A DNA stretch of 64,000 nucleotides. It comes from Candidatus Omnitrophota bacterium. GTDB taxonomy: Bacteria > Omnitrophota > Omnitrophia > Omnitrophales > JACROU01. The translations under genes were made by a program, and so were the position numbers. The notes under the pieces are model-generated. The model was not told where the DNA came from. It saw only the letters and a program-made list of their open reading frames with translations, and did not search any database. The DNA lies in assembly GCA_029261035.1 (NCBI GenBank), contig JAJDCD010000010.1:142612-206611 (forward strand). Reading direction: 5' to 3'. This document shows, piece by piece, positions 20,997 through 29,697 of the stretch (its first letter is position 1; every line of letters starts with the position of its first letter).

Positions 20997-21140
20997 TTAT
21001 TTAGCTGTTATATATCTAATCAATAGGACAACAGCTCCTATAATAAACAAGGGTAAATAAGGTGTTAACTGAGCTCCATACCACAGAGCTACCACCACCC
21101 CTAGGAACATGCCCATAATTAGGCTGTGGTCTAAATGCAT
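20997..21140 (-). CDS. Small 47-aa membrane protein (paralog 1), not in ORF track
   Basis: MHLDHSLIMGMFLGVVVALWYGAQLTPYLPLFIIGAVVLLIRYITAK; SD GGGGGTGA. Confidence 0.85.
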   Translation of the reverse strand: MHLDHSLIMGMFLGVVVALWYGAQLTPYLPLFIIGAVVLLIRYITAK

Positions 21141-21182
21141 ATCGCTCACCCCCTATTCTTTACTTTTCTTTCCTACACAAAA

Positions 21183-21277
21183 AGATTAGCACTATATTGA
21201 CACATTGTCAAAATAGCATAACTTTATAGGATTATATTCGTTTAAAATTGACATATAGTCATGTTTCTAGTTATACT
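21183..21277. promoter_or_regulatory. Divergent sigma70-like promoters with two palindromic operators
   Basis: TTGACA-CAT-TGTCAA (21197-21211) and TTGACA-TAT-AGTCAT (21248-21262). Plus strand TTGACA-N18-TATACT; minus strand TTGACA-N17-TAATCT. Confidence 0.65.
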
Positions 21278-21361
21278 TAGTTTAGAAGTGAAAAAACAGT
21301 GAAGTATCTGTAAGCCATTTATTTAAAAAGAGTTATATCTTATTTAGAAGAGAGAGAAATA

Positions 21362-21670
21362 ATGAATATTGGAAAACAAATCAGAGCAATTCGGCAGAAG
21401 AAGAGAATGACTCAAAAAAAACTAGCAGAACTCATTGGAAGAGAAGGCAGTTTTGTGAGTCATATTGAAAGAAACTCCCGGAATGTCTCTGTCAGACTCC
21501 TCAGCCAAATTGCACAAGCTCTAGAAACGGCCCCTATGGAATTTTTCATTACTGGAAAAGATGATTATGAGAAAAGTATAGAAAAGATGAGCACGCTCAA
21601 TGAAGAAAGCCTACATAAACTAAATGATTATATCGACTTTCTTCATCTCACTCAAAATAAAGAGAATTAA
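21362..21670 (+). CDS. Xre/Cro-C1 family HTH transcriptional regulator
   Basis: IRAIRQKKRMTQKKLAELIG...VSHIERNSRN.S...L..IA.AL. Confidence 0.9.
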   Translation: MNIGKQIRAIRQKKRMTQKKLAELIGREGSFVSHIERNSRNVSVRLLSQIAQALETAPMEFFITGKDDYEKSIEKMSTLNEESLHKLNDYIDFLHLTQNKEN

Positions 21671-21682
21671 TTTGAAGCTGAG

Positions 21683-21778
21683 TGACAGTCACATTGCTCT
21701 GCGTTTCACGCAGGCATTTGACAGTCACTTTAAAGTTGAGTGAAAAAAGGGTGACTGTCACTTTACGTGACTGTCACC
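21683..21778. repeat. Cluster of GTGAC[A/T]GTCAC palindromes overlapping the cysE 3' end
   Basis: Four units (one degenerate); similar cluster at 53497-53595 and a single unit at ~40700-40710. Confidence 0.75.
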
Positions 21779-22429
21779 CTTTTTTACCTTCTTCTTAGCC
21801 AACGCTTGCTCAATCACGTCAATTTCTTTTTGAAGAAAAACGATGCGTTCTCTCAGCTCTTCAACAGGATCTGGTAAATCACAATGATCTAGAGGCTCTA
21901 CTTTATTTCCATCACGACGCACAACTTCACCAGGCACTCCAACGACGGTGCAACTTTCTGGCACGGGATGAATCACAACAGAACCAGCACCTACTTTAGA
22001 GTGACTCCCAACAGTAATATTTCCCAAAACTTTAGCCCCAGCACCCACAACAACATTATCTCCTAATGTAGGATGCCGTTTCCCGCGATCTTTTCCAGTT
22101 CCACCTAAAGTAACTCCTTGATACAAGGTCACATCATTTCCAATCTCAGCCGTTTCCCCGATCACAACACCCATTCCATGATCGATAAAAAACCCGCTGC
22201 CAATCTTTGCTCCAGGATGAATCTCAACACCCGTTAAGAAACGAGCCATCTGAGAAATTAAACGTGGAATCACAGGAATCTTAATCACGTGAAGTAAGTG
22301 TGCCAATCGGTAATAAAGAATCGCGTGAAAACCCGAATTAGACAAAATTGCTTCAAGCCATCCGAACAGAGTCTTAGCCGCAGGGTCACGATCAAATATT
22401 GCTTTGTAATCTCTAAAAATTGCTTTCAT
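21758..22429 (-). CDS. cysE: Serine O-acetyltransferase
   Basis: RDPAA, TGVEIHPGA, FFIDHGMGVVIGET, GVTLGGTGK..GKRHP. Confidence 0.96.
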   Translation of the reverse strand: MKAIFRDYKAIFDRDPAAKTLFGWLEAILSNSGFHAILYYRLAHLLHVIKIPVIPRLISQMARFLTGVEIHPGAKIGSGFFIDHGMGVVIGETAEIGNDVTLYQGVTLGGTGKDRGKRHPTLGDNVVVGAGAKVLGNITVGSHSKVGAGSVVIHPVPESCTVVGVPGEVVRRDGNKVEPLDHCDLPDPVEELRERIVFLQKEIDVIEQALAKKKVKKGDSHVK

Positions 22430-22515
22430 AAATAAACACCTAAACCTCTATTTAAAATTTAATAAAAAAGGGAATCTATTATGGCTCTAGCACGAGAAAT
22501 GTCAAGAAATAGAAA

Positions 22516-22541
22516 AGGCCTGAGCTCTAGAGCTCAGGCCT
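22516..22541 (-). terminator. Perfect palindrome, candidate terminator after the giant gene
   Basis: AGGCCTGAGCTCTAGAGCTCAGGCCT followed by T residues on the minus strand. Confidence 0.7.
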
Positions 22542-22569
22542 GAAACCATCTAATCTTCCGTACTGTATC

Positions 22570-25500
22570 TTACGCCGAAATAAGAATGCGAAGCTGTGCA
22601 TGTATCTCAGTAACCCATCGAGCCACCATATCATTCAAGAAACTATCCCGCATATGGAATATAGAATCAATTTGATCGAGCTTGTCTGGATGCGGATTCG
22701 TAATCGGTGTTGCTAAGAAATCAAGCCCAATATCAATAGCGGCAATTCTAGCAACCAAACGATTCTCATCTCGAACAGAGTCGAGACTGTTCCCTCGGAT
22801 TACTTGATCTGAAGAAATCTTTCGAACCCCTTTAACAAAAACACCTTCTAAGTCAACCGATGGCGCAACAACAACAACTTGTCCTTTAGGAAAACGTGCT
22901 GTTTGCATCGTAACAAAAAACTCAAGAGCTTCCGCAACTGTTTTACGACCCACTTTTTGAAAAGTGATAAATTTATTTTTTACTTCTGGATCCACTTTTA
23001 AGTTCTTAAGAACACTAAGAACTCTATCTTTTGTGCTATTATTTGGCACCAAGAAAGCAATATTCTTTTTGTTTGGGCCTCTTAATGCGAGCGCAACAGG
23101 AATTAAAGTTTCTTCTAACACCTTCTCTGAAACATCTCCCAAAGGAAGTACAAGTTGTCCAGGTAAGCTACTGGTACTTTTATTAAAAATTCGAAGAGCT
23201 GCTGCTTTTGCATCTAATGTAACTGGCGAAATTTCAATACTTGTTGGATCTAACAAAGCAGTTCCTGAAATAGTAACAGACGTTGTGATCGAATCGCCCA
23301 AGCTACTTGCGACAGCTAAATTTGTTTTCTTAGCAAACAAACTAACCAAACCCTGAATTTGTCTTTTAGCACTAGAATCCTCTATCTCAACCTCTTGTAT
23401 GGCATCTAAATGATATTGCGTAAATTTTGTAGGCGCTTTTGCCAACAAACTTCTAAGAGAAGTTAATAGATGTCGTAAATGTCCCACACTTCTAAAATTT
23501 TGCAATTCTGTAACAAGTCCATCTACTTTTGCTACTGTAATCTCTTCCGGAGCTAAAGTCTGCCTTGCAGAAGACCCTCTCTCTTTTTTATGACGATGAT
23601 CTCTAAGATGATCATTTCTCCGTCCTAAGCTATCGGCAGTAACCTCTTCTAAAATTTTTGCTACAGCTGATTTAGCTTGAGGAGTTACAAAAACTTGATT
23701 TACACCTAGGCTAGAAGCAGATAAAGGTTTCGCTGAAATAGGTGTAATATCTTCCTCTCCCACAAACATGGTAAAAAATCCGGAGTTTCTTAAACTTTCT
23801 TTTGCACCTGCCAACAACCTGTTTTCTCCACTTTCAATAAGTGGAATTCCTGCCTCTAACATTTGCTTTTTATTACGAGCAAGCAACATATTTCTTGCAT
23901 CCATAATCACAGGAACTTCAACTCTACGACCACCAATCACAACACTTTTAATAGGTTCCATTATTTGATGCGCTTCCACTAAATCTAAATTTTTTATTTC
24001 GTCCCAGTCCGTCATGAGCGCTATCAAGTTGCTTCCCTTAATTGCTTGTTTCATCGTTTTCGCAACTTCCACCTTATCGTCAAACTTAACAGTAATTAAA
24101 CGTTTCCATCCCTTTTTAACAATTCCTTCAATTTCTCTTTGGGTTAAATTTAAACTTACTGTATCAACATCCGCATCATATTTATCTTCACCCCTACTAC
24201 CAGACAAAACTTGATTCCGTACTTGTCGCAACAACCCTGATATATCTTTATCTAAAATACTCATATCTTCTTTTAAAATCTGGTACGTAAAATCAAATAC
24301 AAAGTTTTGTTGTGCTTCTTCTAAAGGATCATGAAAAGAAACCGTTGCTCCCAAATCCAATAACTCTCGGATCACAACCATCGAACGCGTTTCACGAACA
24401 TCGTCTGTATTCGCTTTAAATGCAAGTCCTAAAACACCAATACGAACACCCTCTAATGGGAGATCTGTATTTTCTGCTACATCTCCTATCGAAGCTAATG
24501 TGCTTTTGATTTTACCCACAACAACCATAGGTGCTCGTCCGTTTGTTGAAATCGCTTTCTCAGCAATTTTAAAATCAACTCCACTTTCTTTAGCACGATA
24601 AAGAGCTTCAGCGGTATCTTTAGGAAAACAAGAGCCTCCATACCCTGCTCCAGCAGCCAAAAATGCTGCATTAGGGTTACGAACATCATTTTTCATGATA
24701 CGAACTACTTCTTGATAAGAAGCTCCAACTTCTTCACTCAGCCAAGCAAGTGCATTTGCAAAAGAGATACTGATAGCCAACCAAACATTGGCCGAATATT
24801 TAATCATAGGCGAACTTTTACGGTCTGTCACAACTACAGGATGCTTGTGCCGTGCCTGCAAAGGAGCCCATAACTCTTGTAATTTTTTTGATGCGAATTC
24901 TGATTCCACACCAAATACATTTCTGTCTGGATTTAAAACATCGTGAACCGCACTCCCTTCTCTTAAGAACTCGGGATTACTTGCGATATCAAAATGGCTC
25001 CCTTCTTTAAGATCCATTTCAACTAGAACTTCTTTCATTTTATCGAACGCAATTGGAGGTACTGTTGACTTCACAACAATAACTTTCCTTCTAGGAGTTC
25101 TTCTGTCACTACTCCTTAGATTACTTTTAATACCCCAACCAGCAGTTCTTGTTGCTGAAAGTAAATAAGCTAAATTAGCTTCCCCTTTATTAGGTCCTTC
25201 TTTAATTTCTGGAGTTCCAACTGCAATATAAATAATATTAGCATCATGAATCGCTGCTTCAGCACCACTGCTATAGAACTCCGACTCTTCCAATGGAGAA
25301 TGTTGAAAGTGAAGTCGCCCATCATCACGATTCTTTTTTACCAATTCTTCTAATCCAGGCTCCCAAATAGGCAGCCTTACTTCGGGTTGATTAAGCCCTT
25401 CAATCTTATTTCTATCGATATCCAGAGTCGTAACATCATGACCCAAATCAGACAAAACAGTTCCTGTAATTAATCCCACATAACCCGTTCCGACCATAAC

Positions 25501-28500
25501 CACTTTTTTTCTATCTACAGCTGCAGGATCGTCAAATTTTATAACCTTGTCCATATTGGCTCTATCTTTAACCTTTTTAAAACTAGGACCAACAGAAGGA
25601 CGGCCTAAGCTAAGGTAGTTAATCCCTACATCTGCTACTTCCGTAAGAGAAACTTCCTGAGTTCCATCAGATTGGCGACCAAAAATATTACGCCCATCAA
25701 AAAGAGGCTTTAGTTTCAAAACTCTCTTCATCTTTTGTAACCCAATATTGCGAATCACATCATGATCCGCTGCAATCACCACTGCATTACTTTTTCGGAT
25801 AGCCTCTTCTGGAGAGTCTACAAACTCAAAAAAGTTTACGTTTAATCGACTTCTAATAATTTTATCCAACGATGTATCTTCTCTAGCTTCCGTAACCCAT
25901 TTCATAAACTCTTCTTGAACGTCAGGGTCATAGATATAAATTTTCTTAATTCCTTTAGCCGCTAACCACAACACTAAATCTTTAGCAGGGGAAGCTAGCA
26001 AACGCGCTCCATTTCCTTTAAAAGCAACTCCTAATAACGCCATCTTAATATCTGAAACTCTTTTTCCACTTATGGTCGACATATTTTGATCGATCATAGA
26101 TTTAAACCAATCAATTTGCGCATTATTAGAATCGCGCACCTCTGTAACACCATGAAATGCGAGTTGAGGTGGTAAAACATCATTTTCCCCAGCCCTTTCA
26201 TTTCGCTTAAATAACTCATCAAATTCCGAGGCCGCTCTTTCTAGAAAAGCTCTTAACTTTCCCCCAAAAGCAAAAGAAGGACTAATATTATGCAACCCCA
26301 CACGCCTATCCAAACCAGCACCAAACGCAACCATTCCCATATCTCCTTTTAACTTACGTACAACTTGTGCAATCGTATTAAAAGAAGCAAGCTTGGTACC
26401 CAAATAAGAGAGAATTCCCAAGTAGCCCAACTCCGCACTCGCAGAGTCCGTCACAACAAACATTTTTTCATCTAAGCCTTTCGGAAAAAGAAGCGCTTTC
26501 AAACTTTCCTTTGTGTTTTCTTGAGCTTGTTTCAAATTTCTAAATTTATCTGCATCATCTTCATCTACAATCGATTCCACCTTAGGAAATCCTAAAATCA
26601 ACTGCTGACTATTCATATCCTCGATTTGAGATCCTTTACGCAACAACTCTGGAGCGTACACAACCGTAAAATTATCATCCTCTCCACTAACATCATAAAT
26701 CGTCTGCATAATATTTTCTGTTCGTCCTGTAGGCATATGGCTTCGAACAATAAATGTTTTATGACTTCGATCTCCCAAAGCTCTGAGCCTCTTTAACGCT
26801 TCACCAAATCCTCTACTACGCTGATTGACAACTTTCTCAAATCGATCCGCATCTTTGTCTAAGAAAAGACCCGCATCAATCATAATGACATTATGTTCCT
26901 CTAAAACCATAATCTGTGCAATTTGATATTTCAACTCTTTAAGCTTTGCACCCGATCCTTGTAAAACAGATGAATAAAAAAGATCCTCTTTTATACTAAT
27001 TAATGTTGGAGTCACTTCTCCACTATGTCCAAAGAGCACTTTTTCTTGAATAAAATCTTTTATCCAAGTCAAATGCTTCTCAATCTGGATCATTCTTTGC
27101 GTAAGAACCTCGTCTACAGTCTGTTCTCCTAAGTCCAATTGCTGCAAACCTACTTTGTCATCTAATTTCTGTAGTTCTTTAACTTTTATTTTTTCTACAT
27201 TCAATTTCAACCTTAACCAATCCGAAACATCATCAATATTTATTTCTGTAATATCCGCATCTTTCTTTCCTTGTAAAATAACCTCAGATCTTCCTGGTTC
27301 ATGGTTCTTTGAATTTGCAGAATCCAAATTTCTCTGCGTATCATACCAATCAATCGAGATCTGACGCCCTGCATCTGTTGCTCTTTTAAGCAACACAGCA
27401 CTCGTCGTTACACCCACATCACCAACACCCCAAAAAGCAATTTTTTCTATTGGGGTTATTTCAGTAACCACCTGATCAGCACCCAAAGATGCCGCCGTAG
27501 AAACGGAAACATCCACCCAAAGACTAGACTGATTTGGGCCTAAAAATTGAACACGCAACTTATCGCCCTCTTGAGCCGTAACTTTTGCTGACGTTAAAGA
27601 CGATAAAGCTGTGCCATCAAAAGCTCGTCTTCGAAGAAGAGAGTTTGCTCGTCTTTCTAAGCCGCGTTGATAAGCTTTAGAATCTAATTGATAAGCAGAA
27701 GATACAGGTTCTGTAACCAAAGATCGAATTAACATGTGCCCTAAAGTTTCCGGAGCATCCAAAGAGTTCCTTGTTAATCGTGCTGCGATTGAAATTTTAT
27801 TTAATTCTGATTTAATAAATGCATCTGAATTAATTTGATCTTTTCCTAAAATTAAATTTAAATATTCATGCGCTTGCTCAGACAACTCTGCTTTTGGACG
27901 AATAGATAAGAAGGAAACATCTTCTTCTGTAAGTTTTTGCTGAATTCCACCACCATGAAAACCACCAGTAATAAGAACCGCCTTTGATTTACGTTCTTGC
28001 TTCAAGAAAGAAAGAGACTTTTGAATCATCGCACCTTCTCGCTCGCGAGCCACTTCATAAAAACGAAGCGCACGATCGAAAAACGAATCCTCCAATTGAG
28101 ACAAGAGAGAAACTCTATTTTCCATCTCTCTTTGAATCGTTTGGATCTTTTCCGTTAGTAAAGAAGGCTTCCAGTCAGAAGCTAAAGATTGAATTTTTTG
28201 AGCTTCATCACGACTTAATTCGAGCTTAAATAATTTTTCATAAAGATTAATAGTTTCATCTGCTTTGAAAATTTGTTTTTCCAACCGTGTTTCAAGAAGA
28301 GCTTCAGCAATGCTATTTTCCAAAGCACTTTTCTCCTGAAACAAATCAGACCCTACTAATTCTTTTTGATAAATAAGTTGACGAACCAAGGAGGGTAATA
28401 CCTTACTGCGATCTAATGAAAACTCATATTCTTCTGCAGCACTCCAAAGAAGCTCAAAATAACCTCTTGGATCTTGAAACAAAAGTAAATCACTTTGAGA

Positions 28501-29448
28501 GCTTGCATTCAATGAAGGAACTCCCTGTCTTAAGGAACTCCAATTTTCTGACAAAATCTTTTTAAACGGATTACTTTCTGGGATTTTAGTTAAAAGAAGA
28601 TGTTGAATGTATAACCATTCTTGAGCCCAAACCTTAAGATCAATATCCTTACTTTCTCTTTCAAGGGTAAATAGCTTACGAATATTCTTTAAATCAAGAG
28701 GCGAGGCTACATATTTCTGTTCCAGTTCATTTAAATGTCTTAAATAATTTAATAAGTGCAGTTTTCCATTTTCAAACTCGCTCTTTTTCTGATCCCATAC
28801 CCGTAAATCACCTAAATAAACTTTATCTTTTGCTTTTTGAATCTGGGTTTTCCACTGACCCACTGCCTTGAGCGCCTGTGGAGAGAATTTGTAAATTTCA
28901 CGAAAAAGCTTTAAATTTTCTTTGTATAACTCAGGGTTCTCCACCCCTAACACTTTAACTTTTGATTGTTTCTCAATAGCAAAAACTTCAGCCGCTGAAA
29001 ATTGTCCTTTTTTCATCCAACGATGAGCAGCACTTACATTCATTTTCGCATCAGGGAATAAGTTAAAAAGACTAGAATCAATAGAACTATCGGCCCCTTC
29101 AACAAAAACAACGTCAACACCTTCTGTTCGATAAAGGTAATCTAAAATTTGTTTAATTCTATTTTGCGTTCCTAAATGAGCATGCGCATCTTCCAAATGA
29201 TAAATTTTCATTCTTTCTTGCTTTGTTTGATAAGCATCAACAACAAAGCCTAATTCATTTGGGAAACCAAAAGAAGAAGACATGGACTGTTGTGTAACTG
29301 AAGGGGTGCTTACAAACACCTCGGCCCAAGCAGGATTAACTCCTGAAAAAATCATAAAAAATGCCAATGCTAAGGAAAGCATTTTCATAATCATCTTCTT
29401 TTTTAAAGTTTTTAATCTTCTTCGCATAAGTTTTTCTTCTTTCATCAA
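22570..29448 (-). CDS. Giant secreted multidomain protein: signal peptide, TraB/TIKI/ChaN-like N-domain, two UDP-glucose/GDP-mannose dehydrogenase-like domains, C-terminal domain; modules separated by AxSLG
   Basis: Basic N-region, hydrophobic core and AWA cleavage site; HLEDAHAH, VFVEGA, GVE, REREGAM, LITGGFH; GTGYVG, SNPEFLREG, GYGGSCFPKD, GLAFKANTDDVRE. Confidence 0.85.
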   Translation of the reverse strand: MMKEEKLMRRRLKTLKKKMIMKMLSLALAFFMIFSGVNPAWAEVFVSTPSVTQQSMSSSFGFPNELGFVVDAYQTKQERMKIYHLEDAHAHLGTQNRIKQILDYLYRTEGVDVVFVEGADSSIDSSLFNLFPDAKMNVSAAHRWMKKGQFSAAEVFAIEKQSKVKVLGVENPELYKENLKLFREIYKFSPQALKAVGQWKTQIQKAKDKVYLGDLRVWDQKKSEFENGKLHLLNYLRHLNELEQKYVASPLDLKNIRKLFTLERESKDIDLKVWAQEWLYIQHLLLTKIPESNPFKKILSENWSSLRQGVPSLNASSQSDLLLFQDPRGYFELLWSAAEEYEFSLDRSKVLPSLVRQLIYQKELVGSDLFQEKSALENSIAEALLETRLEKQIFKADETINLYEKLFKLELSRDEAQKIQSLASDWKPSLLTEKIQTIQREMENRVSLLSQLEDSFFDRALRFYEVAREREGAMIQKSLSFLKQERKSKAVLITGGFHGGGIQQKLTEEDVSFLSIRPKAELSEQAHEYLNLILGKDQINSDAFIKSELNKISIAARLTRNSLDAPETLGHMLIRSLVTEPVSSAYQLDSKAYQRGLERRANSLLRRRAFDGTALSSLTSAKVTAQEGDKLRVQFLGPNQSSLWVDVSVSTAASLGADQVVTEITPIEKIAFWGVGDVGVTTSAVLLKRATDAGRQISIDWYDTQRNLDSANSKNHEPGRSEVILQGKKDADITEINIDDVSDWLRLKLNVEKIKVKELQKLDDKVGLQQLDLGEQTVDEVLTQRMIQIEKHLTWIKDFIQEKVLFGHSGEVTPTLISIKEDLFYSSVLQGSGAKLKELKYQIAQIMVLEEHNVIMIDAGLFLDKDADRFEKVVNQRSRGFGEALKRLRALGDRSHKTFIVRSHMPTGRTENIMQTIYDVSGEDDNFTVVYAPELLRKGSQIEDMNSQQLILGFPKVESIVDEDDADKFRNLKQAQENTKESLKALLFPKGLDEKMFVVTDSASAELGYLGILSYLGTKLASFNTIAQVVRKLKGDMGMVAFGAGLDRRVGLHNISPSFAFGGKLRAFLERAASEFDELFKRNERAGENDVLPPQLAFHGVTEVRDSNNAQIDWFKSMIDQNMSTISGKRVSDIKMALLGVAFKGNGARLLASPAKDLVLWLAAKGIKKIYIYDPDVQEEFMKWVTEAREDTSLDKIIRSRLNVNFFEFVDSPEEAIRKSNAVVIAADHDVIRNIGLQKMKRVLKLKPLFDGRNIFGRQSDGTQEVSLTEVADVGINYLSLGRPSVGPSFKKVKDRANMDKVIKFDDPAAVDRKKVVMVGTGYVGLITGTVLSDLGHDVTTLDIDRNKIEGLNQPEVRLPIWEPGLEELVKKNRDDGRLHFQHSPLEESEFYSSGAEAAIHDANIIYIAVGTPEIKEGPNKGEANLAYLLSATRTAGWGIKSNLRSSDRRTPRRKVIVVKSTVPPIAFDKMKEVLVEMDLKEGSHFDIASNPEFLREGSAVHDVLNPDRNVFGVESEFASKKLQELWAPLQARHKHPVVVTDRKSSPMIKYSANVWLAISISFANALAWLSEEVGASYQEVVRIMKNDVRNPNAAFLAAGAGYGGSCFPKDTAEALYRAKESGVDFKIAEKAISTNGRAPMVVVGKIKSTLASIGDVAENTDLPLEGVRIGVLGLAFKANTDDVRETRSMVVIRELLDLGATVSFHDPLEEAQQNFVFDFTYQILKEDMSILDKDISGLLRQVRNQVLSGSRGEDKYDADVDTVSLNLTQREIEGIVKKGWKRLITVKFDDKVEVAKTMKQAIKGSNLIALMTDWDEIKNLDLVEAHQIMEPIKSVVIGGRRVEVPVIMDARNMLLARNKKQMLEAGIPLIESGENRLLAGAKESLRNSGFFTMFVGEEDITPISAKPLSASSLGVNQVFVTPQAKSAVAKILEEVTADSLGRRNDHLRDHRHKKERGSSARQTLAPEEITVAKVDGLVTELQNFRSVGHLRHLLTSLRSLLAKAPTKFTQYHLDAIQEVEIEDSSAKRQIQGLVSLFAKKTNLAVASSLGDSITTSVTISGTALLDPTSIEISPVTLDAKAAALRIFNKSTSSLPGQLVLPLGDVSEKVLEETLIPVALALRGPNKKNIAFLVPNNSTKDRVLSVLKNLKVDPEVKNKFITFQKVGRKTVAEALEFFVTMQTARFPKGQVVVVAPSVDLEGVFVKGVRKISSDQVIRGNSLDSVRDENRLVARIAAIDIGLDFLATPITNPHPDKLDQIDSIFHMRDSFLNDMVARWVTEIHAQLRILISA

Positions 29449-29697
29449 AATTTTTTGTCCCGTAAATATTCCACAGCATTCTCAGTTTGTCAAACTAAGG
29501 AAGATAAGTTTCTAATATTTCTATCTGAACGATAAAAATAAGGCATAGATTCTTATCAAAAGGAACGAAAATAGTACCATATGTTTATATAGAGTACAAG
29601 TAAAGACCCGTAAAACAGAGGCGAAATCAACTTAAACCCTTATTTTTAAGGAATTAACGTCAATTTTAAGGGTTTTTTAACAGAATTTAAAAAAACA

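Noticed and set aside
21362-21670. Xre gene as a prophage repressor
   Set aside because: No integrase, structural or replication phage genes nearby; flanked by housekeeping genes.
21683-21778. GTGACAGTCAC clusters or REP elements as a CRISPR array
   Set aside because: Units are too short, spacing is irregular, and no cas genes are present.
25598-25620. YLSLGR in giant protein 1 as another xxSLG processing motif
   Set aside because: It matches the normal C-terminal Y-x-x-[I/L]-G-R of UDP-glucose dehydrogenases and lacks the small residue (A/G) at the first position.
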